From contig QGNM01000014.1 of NCBI GenBank assembly GCA_003228095.2, positions 3,879-35,878 of the forward strand: a stretch of 32,000 nucleotides of DNA. The letters are read 5' to 3'. This DNA comes from Chloroflexota bacterium. GTDB taxonomy: Bacteria; Chloroflexota; Dehalococcoidia; Lucifugimonadales; UBA2962. The notes under the pieces are model-generated. The model saw only the letters and a list, made by a program, of their open reading frames with translations, did not search any database and was not told where the DNA came from. Made by a program: the position numbers and the translations under genes. Positions 10,182-19,211 of this stretch are shown here, one piece after another. Position 1 is the first letter of the stretch, and each line of letters begins with the position of its first letter.

Positions 10182-10752
10182 TGAGCTAATAGGATCAACT
10201 TTTATTTCAACGAGTGCTGGAAATACACGATGTTTGTCGAAAAAGTATAAACCCGCGGCTGTTATAGCCTTGATATACCCTAAGAACGGAGAACATAATC
10301 TCCTTTTGACAAAAAGAAGTAATGCTTTAGAGCTTCATCCTGGCGAAATTTCTTTTCCTGGAGGACGTGAAAATACGACAGACCTGGATTTAAAAGATAC
10401 AGCTTTAAGAGAATGCGAAGAAGAAGTTGGCATCCATCGGGATCAAATAAAGATCATTAGTGAGTTGGGATCTTTTATAACTAATTCTAATTTTGAGATT
10501 TTTGCTTTTATTGCGACATCGACTCGGGAAATAGAATTTCGCATCAATAGAGACGAGGTAGCACAGATAATAGAATTTCCATTATCTAAGCTGACGAAGG
10601 CTAAATGTATCAGAGATGACCTTTGGGTTGTTAATGGAAAAACAAGATATAAACCCTCCTTTGGATATAAAGGACATTTAATATTTGGTGCTACAGCTAG
10701 AATACTCGATTGTTTGGTGCAAACATTACCTAATACGCCATATAATTCATAA
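10126..10752 (+). CDS. Nudix hydrolase, CoA pyrophosphatase (NudL/Nudt7-like) subfamily; start uncertain
   Basis: [22 protein letters not shown] fits the CoA-Nudix signature ([LM][LF]TxR[SA]x3[RK]x3Gx3FPGG) with one deviation (E for R/K). It is followed by the Nudix box [24 protein letters not shown]. In-frame start candidates are TTG 10102 (ORF track), ATG 10126 and TTG 10234. The first two overlap the upstream gene. Confidence 0.75.
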   Translation: MITRYKIALKKSLHQFSSNELIGSTFISTSAGNTRCLSKKYKPAAVIALIYPKNGEHNLLLTKRSNALELHPGEISFPGGRENTTDLDLKDTALRECEEEVGIHRDQIKIISELGSFITNSNFEIFAFIATSTREIEFRINRDEVAQIIEFPLSKLTKAKCIRDDLWVVNGKTRYKPSFGYKGHLIFGATARILDCLVQTLPNTPYNS

Positions 10753-10821
10753 TGATTGGCAACATAGCTGTTTTAGATTTGTTAAATTAATTAATATTGT
10801 TGAAGAAAGTGATATTTGTAG

Positions 10822-13800
10822 TTGAATAATAAGCGAACAACACAGTTAAATAAAAAACTTAAAACTTTCCCCCCTGACGTCAAAGATGAATTTACAAAAG
10901 CGAAACCACATCTTGAGGAATACCTGACTCAACAACAATTATATGAATGGGTTGATTCTGGAATAAAAATTGCATCTCAAAGTAACAATGCTTGGGATAT
11001 CAGTGTGAACATGTTTAGAGTCAGCCCAATTATTATCGGTTCGTTAAAACCAGATGATTTTATGAAGTGGCTAGAAGCAGGCACAAATTTAGCTATTAAG
11101 CACCCTATGCTTGGCACGGCATTCTTTTCTTCAAGTCCTTCATTGGTTCAAGGCATGTCTTCAACGAATATTACAGACTGGGCAAGTTTGGGTGCACAAT
11201 TATATAAAGACACTTGGAAATCAGGGACACTTTCAAATCGTTTTTTTGAGTCAAGCGCTGATTTACTTGAACAGCTTAGTTTTGAAGAATTGACTCGATT
11301 TGTAAGTTTTCTAGATATTGTAGCTAAACATTCTTATGATTTGAGTTCTGAATGCTTGACGTTAGCTCTTCGTTTATTCCCTTTGGTTGGGGAAGACAAA
11401 GGGAGGTTTATATCGCTGTCGCTAAATCTTGTTGAAACGGGCTGGAGACAGTTAAAAGCATTTTATGATGCGAGCTTGAAGGCTTTACCTCGGGTGGATC
11501 GATTACAAAGGAAACGATTCCTTGATTTATCTGAGCGATTACATCTTGAAGGCATAATCAATATGCCCAATACCATTTTGGAAATTTCACAAGCTTTACA
11601 GCTAATAGAGAAACGGGATCATTGTAAATTATTGGATATAGCAGAGCCATTATTAGATCTGCATCCAAGTTCTTTTTCAGAGTTTATAAAAAGTTCTCCA
11701 ATTGTGCTTGCTAAAGTATCTTTTGATAAATTGGATGCTTGGTGTGAAGAAGGTAAAACCTTATTGAAAACAAACCCCGATGGGGGAATGGCTTTTTTTA
11801 AAATTGAATCTTCTCGGTCTGAAAAATTCCTGGAAGAGATTTCATCGGCAGTCGAGTTTCAAACAATAAGTAACGTCATAGAGCTTTACTGTAGAGCTTT
11901 AGCCGGAGAAGAAATTGACTTGGCTGACTCTCGTGACTTGGTGGAAAAAAATATTGGATGGGTAGCAGCTGATTCTCCTACTACCGAAGGCTCTACAGTA
12001 TATTTACCAGAAACAGTAGATAGGTATTCAAAAAAATCTGAAAACTTTTTGTGGTATAAAGTTGTATCCACTCATCAAGTCGGCAGAATGGAATTTGGAA
12101 GTTTTCGGTTCAGATTTGATAAACCTTCAACTCGTTTTGAAAATACTAGAAACTCATTGGAGCTTAAATCTACTGAAGGCACAAATTCTAATATATCGGC
12201 TACTACAGATATCCAGAAGTTTTTCAACTTTTTTGAGGACCGTCAATTAAGCTCAGACATTTTTTCAGTGATTGAAGATGGCAGAGTTGACGCCAAAGTA
12301 AAAGATGATTACAAAGGGATTAGTAAAGGATATGTTTCTATCCAATTGGATGCGCTTAAAGTTCGCCCAAATACACAGGATTTAAATGCTCGTGAAGCTT
12401 TACTTGAATTACTAGTCCAAATTAGTCTGGGACAGAAAAAATCAATATCAGTTCCCAAAAATTATAAAGAAGAAGCATTGGCAATTGTAAAAATTGCTCG
12501 CCATGCAATGGATTCAAGAAGTAGTGTCGAAGATACGTCTGAAGCTACGGTTAGGATATATGCAATCCTGATAGAAGTATCCAATGAAACAGTCGATGAA
12601 GATGATTGGGATCCATTGGATTTTGAGGAAGACGAATCAGAGGGAGACAATTTTTCTGATCCTGAAGGATTGAAAGAGACTCTAGATTCTATGGGTAATT
12701 CTGCAGGAGATGACCCGGCTGATACTCAAGAAGATAAATATAATTCACCTCAAGAAGTTGATTACAGAGGGGAATTCAAGCCTGAGCTGACACAATTGTT
12801 AGAAAAACTTCGTGAACAAGGTCAATATAAAGATGGGGGAAATGACACTGACTCAATAACTCAAGAAATGATGGATCAATTCGCAAAGAATTCAGTCGAG
12901 TTAAGCCAAGAATTAAATGATGGAGCCAGCGGCATAACTAGTGATGAAATAGTTGAGAACATGTTGAAAGAAGTCGGCCTAAAAAAACCAGAATCACTTG
13001 AAGGCGGCCAAGGACCTTTGGTACATGTGGATGAAACCGGAGGTGAGTTGGAATCAGATGAACCTGAAACATTTGTATACGATGAATGGGATTTTAGGGC
13101 AGGAGATTATAAGCCACGATGGTGCATTGTAAGACAGAAATACATGGCTGAAGGAGAAGACTCATATTATGGAAGTATCGTCCAAAGCTATGGGAATTTA
13201 ATTCTTCAGGTTAGACGTCAATTTGAGTTATTAGTTCCAGAAACAATGCGTAAGGAACGTAGGCTTCAAGATGGAGAGGATATAGACATCGATGACGTGA
13301 TTGAAACCATGATTGATATCAAGTCCGGATCAAGCCCAAATGAAAAAATGTATTGGAGACGTAATAAAGTTCACAGGGATGTAGCGGTAGTATTCTTACT
13401 TGATACCAGTGCATCCACAGCTGAAGCCATAGATGATTCTAAATCAAATAGCGATCAATGGAATGCCCCAGAGGATCCAGTGGAGTATATGTTATGGTTA
13501 AGATCCCGTAGAGGTGAAGGTACTAAACGTACATATAAAAGGATAATAGATCTTGAAAAAGAGGCTCTAATCCTCTTAATAAATGCTATCGAAGCTATAG
13601 GAGATACCTATGGTATATACGGATTTTCTGGTTATGGTAGAGAGAATGTTGAGTTTTATACTATCAAAGATGTCGATGAATTGTTTTCTGATAGAGTTAA
13701 ACGCCGGATCGATCGTATAGCTCCATTGCATGCAACAAGGATGGGCCCAGCAATTAGACACTCAACATCCAAATTGGAATCGATAGATGCAAGGACTAAA

Positions 13801-14064
13801 TTATTATTTATGATTAGTGATGGTAGACCTCAAGACCGAGGCTATAGTAGGGAAGGAGTTGAAAAAGAGTATGCCGTACATGACACCAGAATGGCTTTAG
13901 ATGAAGCTAAAAATAAAGGCATTAATACTTTTTGTTTGACAGTTGATCGTAATGGACATGACTACCTTAAAACTATGATGTCTGATATGGGTTATGAGGT
14001 TTTAGACGACATATATACCTTGCCACATAGATTATTATACCTATATCGAAAGTTAACCACTTAA
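10822..14064 (+). CDS. Large VWA-domain protein, CbbO/NorD-like partner of the CbbQ/NorQ ATPase
   Basis: 1080 aa. The C-terminal part carries the NorD/CbbO-type YDEWDF motif followed by a VWA domain with MIDAS VVFLLDTSAST and later MISDGRPQD. The roughly 750 N-terminal residues are not recognisable to me. TTG start as in the ORF track; the first in-frame ATG is about 60 codons further in. Confidence 0.7.
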   Translation: MNNKRTTQLNKKLKTFPPDVKDEFTKAKPHLEEYLTQQQLYEWVDSGIKIASQSNNAWDISVNMFRVSPIIIGSLKPDDFMKWLEAGTNLAIKHPMLGTAFFSSSPSLVQGMSSTNITDWASLGAQLYKDTWKSGTLSNRFFESSADLLEQLSFEELTRFVSFLDIVAKHSYDLSSECLTLALRLFPLVGEDKGRFISLSLNLVETGWRQLKAFYDASLKALPRVDRLQRKRFLDLSERLHLEGIINMPNTILEISQALQLIEKRDHCKLLDIAEPLLDLHPSSFSEFIKSSPIVLAKVSFDKLDAWCEEGKTLLKTNPDGGMAFFKIESSRSEKFLEEISSAVEFQTISNVIELYCRALAGEEIDLADSRDLVEKNIGWVAADSPTTEGSTVYLPETVDRYSKKSENFLWYKVVSTHQVGRMEFGSFRFRFDKPSTRFENTRNSLELKSTEGTNSNISATTDIQKFFNFFEDRQLSSDIFSVIEDGRVDAKVKDDYKGISKGYVSIQLDALKVRPNTQDLNAREALLELLVQISLGQKKSISVPKNYKEEALAIVKIARHAMDSRSSVEDTSEATVRIYAILIEVSNETVDEDDWDPLDFEEDESEGDNFSDPEGLKETLDSMGNSAGDDPADTQEDKYNSPQEVDYRGEFKPELTQLLEKLREQGQYKDGGNDTDSITQEMMDQFAKNSVELSQELNDGASGITSDEIVENMLKEVGLKKPESLEGGQGPLVHVDETGGELESDEPETFVYDEWDFRAGDYKPRWCIVRQKYMAEGEDSYYGSIVQSYGNLILQVRRQFELLVPETMRKERRLQDGEDIDIDDVIETMIDIKSGSSPNEKMYWRRNKVHRDVAVVFLLDTSASTAEAIDDSKSNSDQWNAPEDPVEYMLWLRSRRGEGTKRTYKRIIDLEKEALILLINAIEAIGDTYGIYGFSGYGRENVEFYTIKDVDELFSDRVKRRIDRIAPLHATRMGPAIRHSTSKLESIDARTKLLFMISDGRPQDRGYSREGVEKEYAVHDTRMALDEAKNKGINTFCLTVDRNGHDYLKTMMSDMGYEVLDDIYTLPHRLLYLYRKLTT

Positions 14065-14084
14065 AATATTAATAGCAAATAAGG

Positions 14085-15122
14085 TCAGTCGAGATTATCA
14101 TAATCTGATCGTCGCATTGGTATTTCAAAGTATGGAGGATTTTCATCTAAGGCGAATATACCTTCAATCCATTCCTTAGGAATGAATAACAGCGGCTGTG
14201 ATAGTTCGCCTTCTTCGGTTCTAGCATAATAGCCTGATCCATCTTCTAGTTTATTTCCAATTCTCCATATAATTCCGTCCTCATATTCTGTACCTCTTGA
14301 GCTTACACCGGCAAACCTTAGGGTTAAAGCTGTTGATCTCTCGTAGATACCATAAGGGGTGAAATCATCAATATGAGTCTCAATTACCTTTTGTCCATTA
14401 GGACCTTTTAAAAGTGGTATTCCTTGGCTTAGCCAAATGTCCATTTTTAAAGAGGCAAATTTTGTATCTAATCCATGCCTTTGTACAGTCCATTCATTAT
14501 CACGTATTTTAAATTGGAGCCAACTATTGTCTCCACCATGATATTCGCTTTTTATGACGCTTAATTCATATAAATCATCTGGATTCCTAGCAATAAACCA
14601 TTTTGGTAGAGGAGGGTCTGTCGCGAGTTTTTGCAACACTTGCCCCCAGGTTGATGAAATCAAAAATAATTGTTGATATCCTTCTACTTGCCCGTAATGA
14701 TGCTTCCCGTCAGTGGTTACATTACCTAAATATACTGTTATGTCGCGTCCATCCACAAGTTTGATTCTAACTTTAGTTCGTGGATTATCTAATCCATATT
14801 GGGTTGGGTTATCTACGCTTTCTTTAAGCAATCTGCGTGTTCTTGGCCCAGTTAGTATTAACACCATACCCCCCCATCTTTCTCGGCGAGGAGTTATGCC
14901 TGTTAATCCTTCGAACTGCCATCTTCGTTCGTCATCTCTTACAAATTTGACAGTTTCATTCAAAACTTGAACTTCTATAATATCTATGTCTGATTCATTG
15001 ACTTGATAAAACCAAGGAGCTTTTTCTTCTTTTAACTCCTCAACTTTGAATGGATTTATCCATACTACGACACCAATTATTGTGCCGATTACAATAAGTA
15101 TTAATGTTGCCCATAAATTCAT
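14085..15122 (-). CDS. Membrane-anchored protein, DUF4340-like, accessory to the GldG-type ABC module
   Basis: 345 aa with an N-terminal TM helix (LWATLILIVIGTIIGVVVWI). Its position directly downstream of a GldG-like gene is the usual DUF4340 context. The family call is from context and general appearance, not a motif match. Confidence 0.5.
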   Translation of the reverse strand: MNLWATLILIVIGTIIGVVVWINPFKVEELKEEKAPWFYQVNESDIDIIEVQVLNETVKFVRDDERRWQFEGLTGITPRRERWGGMVLILTGPRTRRLLKESVDNPTQYGLDNPRTKVRIKLVDGRDITVYLGNVTTDGKHHYGQVEGYQQLFLISSTWGQVLQKLATDPPLPKWFIARNPDDLYELSVIKSEYHGGDNSWLQFKIRDNEWTVQRHGLDTKFASLKMDIWLSQGIPLLKGPNGQKVIETHIDDFTPYGIYERSTALTLRFAGVSSRGTEYEDGIIWRIGNKLEDGSGYYARTEEGELSQPLLFIPKEWIEGIFALDENPPYFEIPMRRSDYDNLD

Positions 15123-15138
15123 ATGCGTATGGTTCCTA

Positions 15139-16836
15139 TTACCTTCTGCGCCACCATATCCATGACGCCATAATTAATAATAGAATAGGAGGCAGGAACC
15201 AACTTGACCATTGGATAAAGTCTCGTTGATTTGATGTTAAAACCAATTCTCTAACTGGAAAAACCTTTGGTCGTATGGATATGAGATCATAATCGTCAGT
15301 TAAGAAATTAACTGAATTTAAAAACAGGTCTGAATTATCTCTACTTGTATAAAACTCATTTGAGATGAAATCAGAATCTCCAAATGCCACAATTTTGGTT
15401 AATGGCATGTTGTTCTGGCATCTAACCGGAATAGCTTCTATTTTGGCACAAGCTTCTAATGCAGAACTTACCGGAAAAGGTCCGGGTAAATCTAATTCAG
15501 GATCTGGTCTTGGATTGTCAACGTTAGTTTCAAGCCAACTAGCTTGAGTTGTCATAGCTAGAGGGACAAATCTTGTTTGAGGTGGAATATCTTCAGCCAG
15601 AACTGTTGATCCAATAGCCGTTGCTCCAGGAAAGAAAACAACATCAATTTGAGATGTTATACCTAATCCACTTAATTCTGTGCTAATAAATTGTCCATTA
15701 GCTCTCTGCATTAAAGGGGTTAGTACATGCCCTGCAACAGAACTTCCTGCATCAGCTAGAGTGTCAGTATAAGTTTTTATTCCCCATTCTGAAATAAGAT
15801 CTCTAAATGATTGAGGGCTGTTAGGGTCTAGCATAATGATTAATCGACCTCCGGAACTCAGGTAGTCATCTAAAGCATTATATTCCTGTTTGTCTAATTC
15901 TTGTGTTGGTCCGGCGATCACCAAAGCAGCGGCATCATCAGGTACTTGGCTTAATTGCATTAGATTTAACGCTTGAACTGAGTAGTTGTCTCTGAGAAGA
16001 CCTTCCAAAGCAAGGTCAAAACCAAGTGGTTCTATAAGTCCGGTTGCAATGTCTCTTGTAGAAGAGCGTTCTTTATGACCAGTGAGGATATAAACCTTTT
16101 TTGTTTCCACTCCAGTGACGACAAGTACGGAAGTTAAAAGTTGCTGTTCGGATGCTGGAAAAGCGGCTTGAAAGGTCCCAACCTCCATGTTTTCTATAAC
16201 AATTGCCGGAAATTGAGTTACGTTATAAGTCAGCGCAACTGATCGGTTGAGCTCAGGATCTACGAACCTATATGAGAAGTTCGGGCTGTTTCGAGAAAAT
16301 TCATTTAAAATATCCTCAACCTGTTGTCTTCTAAAATCACCATCTACTAAAAAGGCATTTGCTCGTATTTCTACATCGAGGTTTTCTAAGATTTGCACAG
16401 TTTGTGGAGCCAGGCTGAAAAATCTTGTATATGTAACATCAAATCGTTGGAAATTTCGGAAAAACAAAAAGTTAAGCAATGCGACTATGATGAAAAAAGC
16501 TAACGTCATAACCAATATGTTGGCGCCAATCCGTGCTTGTCTCCCTACCAGAAACATTGCTATGCCTTTTGGAGATAATATTAATGCTATGAGTAAAAGC
16601 AACAACCCAATAATCAGTACCGTCAGTGAGAAATCTTGTATATCTTTAATTGCTAGAAATAGAATGCCGCCTGCTATTATTGCAATAAAGCCGACTATGC
16701 CACAAATCGAACTCCAAAATGGAGAGGACTTTAATTGAGATTTAAATGCTTCTAAAAGAGTTTCCTCGGATGGTACAATCTCGTTTTGTTCAGCCACTTT
16801 AGCGCCACCTCCTAGTTTCAAGAGAGCGTACAGCAA
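15139..16836 (-). CDS. GldG-like ABC-transporter auxiliary protein (ABC-type uncharacterised transport system)
   Basis: 565 aa. N-terminal TM helices, a large soluble domain, and a C-terminal TM helix ending in a basic tail (WFLPPILLLIMASWIWWRRR). It sits downstream of the ABC-2 permease. An in-frame GTG at 16797 would remove the 38-nt overlap. Confidence 0.65.
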   Translation of the reverse strand: MLYALLKLGGGAKVAEQNEIVPSEETLLEAFKSQLKSSPFWSSICGIVGFIAIIAGGILFLAIKDIQDFSLTVLIIGLLLLLIALILSPKGIAMFLVGRQARIGANILVMTLAFFIIVALLNFLFFRNFQRFDVTYTRFFSLAPQTVQILENLDVEIRANAFLVDGDFRRQQVEDILNEFSRNSPNFSYRFVDPELNRSVALTYNVTQFPAIVIENMEVGTFQAAFPASEQQLLTSVLVVTGVETKKVYILTGHKERSSTRDIATGLIEPLGFDLALEGLLRDNYSVQALNLMQLSQVPDDAAALVIAGPTQELDKQEYNALDDYLSSGGRLIIMLDPNSPQSFRDLISEWGIKTYTDTLADAGSSVAGHVLTPLMQRANGQFISTELSGLGITSQIDVVFFPGATAIGSTVLAEDIPPQTRFVPLAMTTQASWLETNVDNPRPDPELDLPGPFPVSSALEACAKIEAIPVRCQNNMPLTKIVAFGDSDFISNEFYTSRDNSDLFLNSVNFLTDDYDLISIRPKVFPVRELVLTSNQRDFIQWSSWFLPPILLLIMASWIWWRRR

Positions 16837-17533
16837 GGAATAAGAAGACCGCTATAATACTCAAGTAGTAGACAATGTGACTAGTATCTACAACACCACG
16901 AGCAAAATCTCCGAAGTGAGTTCTCATTGAAATTTCGAGTATGATATCTCCGGTTACACCGCCTAATCTAGTGCCAAGTGTATCAATAAATGTCAGTATT
17001 AATAATGTACCCATGCCCAAAACGGCTGAAACAATTTGATTACTGGTTAGTGAGGAAGCTAACATTCCAATAGCCAGAGCAGCAGCTCCGTAAAGAATCA
17101 TTCCTAGATAAGCACTCATTACAGGCCCACTGTCGGGTTCCCCAAAAGCATAAATCATTATTACGTAATACAAAGTGGCTGCTAGGGTAGCAATCAATGT
17201 AACTAAACTCGCTATATATTTGCCAATCACCACCTCCCAGTCTTTAACTGGTGAAGTAAATAAAAGTTCAAAGGTGCCTAACTTTTGCTCTTCAGCAAGA
17301 AGTCTCATAGTCAATAAGGGAGCTAATAAGATGTAGAAAATACTTGATGGAACAACAAAAGATCTTACTGTTGCCTCTGGATTTGTACCGATAACATTAA
17401 GTATAAAAGTTATCCCAGCAAACATCACAAACATAGCGGATACCACGTAAGCAGTTGGTGTTTGGAAATATATCTTTAATTCTTTCCATGCAATTGTTAA
17501 TGTATTATTCACTCTGAGATACCTCTCCAACAC
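16799..17533 (-). CDS. ABC-2 type transporter permease (GldF-like)
   Basis: 244 aa with six hydrophobic segments. It overlaps the upstream ATPase gene, suggesting translational coupling. Confidence 0.7.
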   Translation of the reverse strand: MLERYLRVNNTLTIAWKELKIYFQTPTAYVVSAMFVMFAGITFILNVIGTNPEATVRSFVVPSSIFYILLAPLLTMRLLAEEQKLGTFELLFTSPVKDWEVVIGKYIASLVTLIATLAATLYYVIMIYAFGEPDSGPVMSAYLGMILYGAAALAIGMLASSLTSNQIVSAVLGMGTLLILTFIDTLGTRLGGVTGDIILEISMRTHFGDFARGVVDTSHIVYYLSIIAVFLFLAVRSLETRRWR

Positions 17534-18497
17534 TCATGTTTCCTGTTTTATTTGTATCATTTTCAGTAGTTGTTAATCGTAGGAATATTTCTTCCAAGGA
17601 CATGCCTACTGCTTCTAGCCTCAATAAATCCCATTTATTGTTAACTATAGAAGAAGCTAGGTCGGATCTAATTTCTAAGCCCCTCGTCGCCTCAATTTCA
17701 AAACTACTGTATCCTTTGTCAGAGAGTGAAGATTTACGATTTACGGACTCTACTCCTGACACTTTTTCTAGAGCTGACACGATTTCGCGAGTTGGCCCCT
17801 TCACGTCTAGCTCTACTCTCTCTGTGCCACGAAGTCGAGTAGCCAGGTTTTCAGGTTTGTCTACAGCTACTATCTGCCCTTCATGAATTATGATTACTCG
17901 CTCACATATCATGCTGACTTCTGGCAGAATATGGGTCGACACGATTAATGTGTGTTCCCCGCCTAAACTTTTTATCAATTCCCGCGTTTCAACCACTTGT
18001 ATAGGATCTATCCCAATAGTTGGCTCGTCTAAGATAAGTACATCTGGTTCATGTATGATTGATTGTGCTATCCCTACTCTTTGTCTGAACCCTTTAGATA
18101 ATTTTGATATAAAAGTGTCAAAATACTCTTCTAACCTGCATATTTGCACAACTGCATCAACTCTTTTATGTAAACGTTCTCTTTTTAAACCTCGAATCTT
18201 CCCCATAAATTCCAAGTAATCAGATACTGTCATGTCAGTATATAGTGGGACGGTTTCAGGCAGGTATCCAATGTGCCTACGAGCTTCCAGGGAGTTTGTT
18301 AGGATGTCGTTTCCTGCAACTGTGCATGTTCCTTCAGTTGGAGGCATGAACCCAGTAATAATTTTCATGGTAGTGGATTTGCCTGATCCATTTGGGCCTA
18401 AAAACCCCAATATCTCGCCTTTTTCTACCCGAAAACTAATGTCCGTCACTGCAGGGTAATTACCGTAATATTTAGTTATAGAATCAAGTTCAATCAT
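17505..18497 (-). CDS. ABC transporter ATP-binding protein (GldA-like, ABC-2 subfamily)
   Basis: 330 aa. Walker A GPNGSGKST, signature LSKGFRQR, Walker B VLILDEPTIGIDP, and H-loop STHIL. Confidence 0.9.
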   Translation of the reverse strand: MIELDSITKYYGNYPAVTDISFRVEKGEILGFLGPNGSGKSTTMKIITGFMPPTEGTCTVAGNDILTNSLEARRHIGYLPETVPLYTDMTVSDYLEFMGKIRGLKRERLHKRVDAVVQICRLEEYFDTFISKLSKGFRQRVGIAQSIIHEPDVLILDEPTIGIDPIQVVETRELIKSLGGEHTLIVSTHILPEVSMICERVIIIHEGQIVAVDKPENLATRLRGTERVELDVKGPTREIVSALEKVSGVESVNRKSSLSDKGYSSFEIEATRGLEIRSDLASSIVNNKWDLLRLEAVGMSLEEIFLRLTTTENDTNKTGNMSVGEVSQSE

Positions 18498-18557
18498 AAT
18501 TTTATTAAATCAAAGTATTTGTGTGGAATTATAAGAAGGTGTGTGGACTGTAATAAA

Positions 18558-18578
18558 TCACAGTTGAATCAATTGTGA
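18558..18578. promoter_or_regulatory. 21-bp near-perfect palindrome (candidate operator) in the divergent ABC / speH intergenic region
   Basis: TCACAgTTGAaTCAAtTGTGA, with 9 of 10 symmetric pairs complementary. It is preceded by two TGTGTGGA direct repeats at 18520-18527 and 18540-18547, spaced 20 bp apart. Confidence 0.3.
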
Positions 18579-18749
18579 CTTAGTTGAATATTATACCAAG
18601 CTGGTCTTACCAACAATATAAAATCAGTGTTCGTTAAGTCTGATTTCAAAATAATCGGTTTTAAAGTTCTGTATTGAGGCCAAATCACCTCGATGTTATG
18701 CTTAAACAGGATAGAACTTTAAAATTCTCATGTAAATAGAGGCTAATAA

Positions 18750-19211
18750 TTGCATTTGATAATCGATGGATATAAGGCAGATTTTAAAAAACTCAGTGAT
18801 AAAACAGTCGTGTACGATTTTTTGAATATGCTTCCAGAAGAAATTAAAATGACAAAATTAATTGAACCGCAAGTCTACTTGTACAAAGGAAACAAAAAAG
18901 AAGACTGGGGCGTTTCAGGATTTGTATTAATTGCAGAAAGTCATATCAGCGTACATACTTTTCCTGATCGTGAATATATAAACATCGATATATTTTCCTG
19001 TAAAAAATTCGATAGTTATAAATCTGAAAAACAGGCGAAAGACTTTTTTAATATAGGGAAAATCAAATCGGTGACTTTAGAACGAGGGATTGATTTCGAT
19101 GATCCTCAAGAGTTGAAGGAAGATATGGAAAGTAGCCGGGTTAATTTAACGGCCCAAACGATTAAATTTCTAGGTGTAGATGAAGAGAGTAGTAGAGAAA
19201 CACATGACTAA
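18750..19211 (+). CDS. speH: S-adenosylmethionine decarboxylase proenzyme (pyruvoyl-dependent, class 1 SpeH/SpeD type)
   Basis: 153 aa. VSGFVLIAESHISVHTFPD contains the ES self-cleavage site, and YINIDIFSC follows as in Bacillus SpeD. TTG start with GAGG 8 nt upstream. Confidence 0.85.
   Translation: MHLIIDGYKADFKKLSDKTVVYDFLNMLPEEIKMTKLIEPQVYLYKGNKKEDWGVSGFVLIAESHISVHTFPDREYINIDIFSCKKFDSYKSEKQAKDFFNIGKIKSVTLERGIDFDDPQELKEDMESSRVNLTAQTIKFLGVDEESSRETHD

Noticed and set aside
16247-16738. 163-aa + strand ORF antisense to the GldG-like gene. Similar antisense ORFs occur inside fumC, ltaE, rarA, selA, the ABC ATPase, aroA and others
   Set aside because: These lie fully within longer ORFs that have clear family motifs on the opposite strand. 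Their composition is low-complexity Ser/Ile/Asn-rich, and they have no ribosome-binding sites. Such shadow ORFs are typical of AT-rich genomes.
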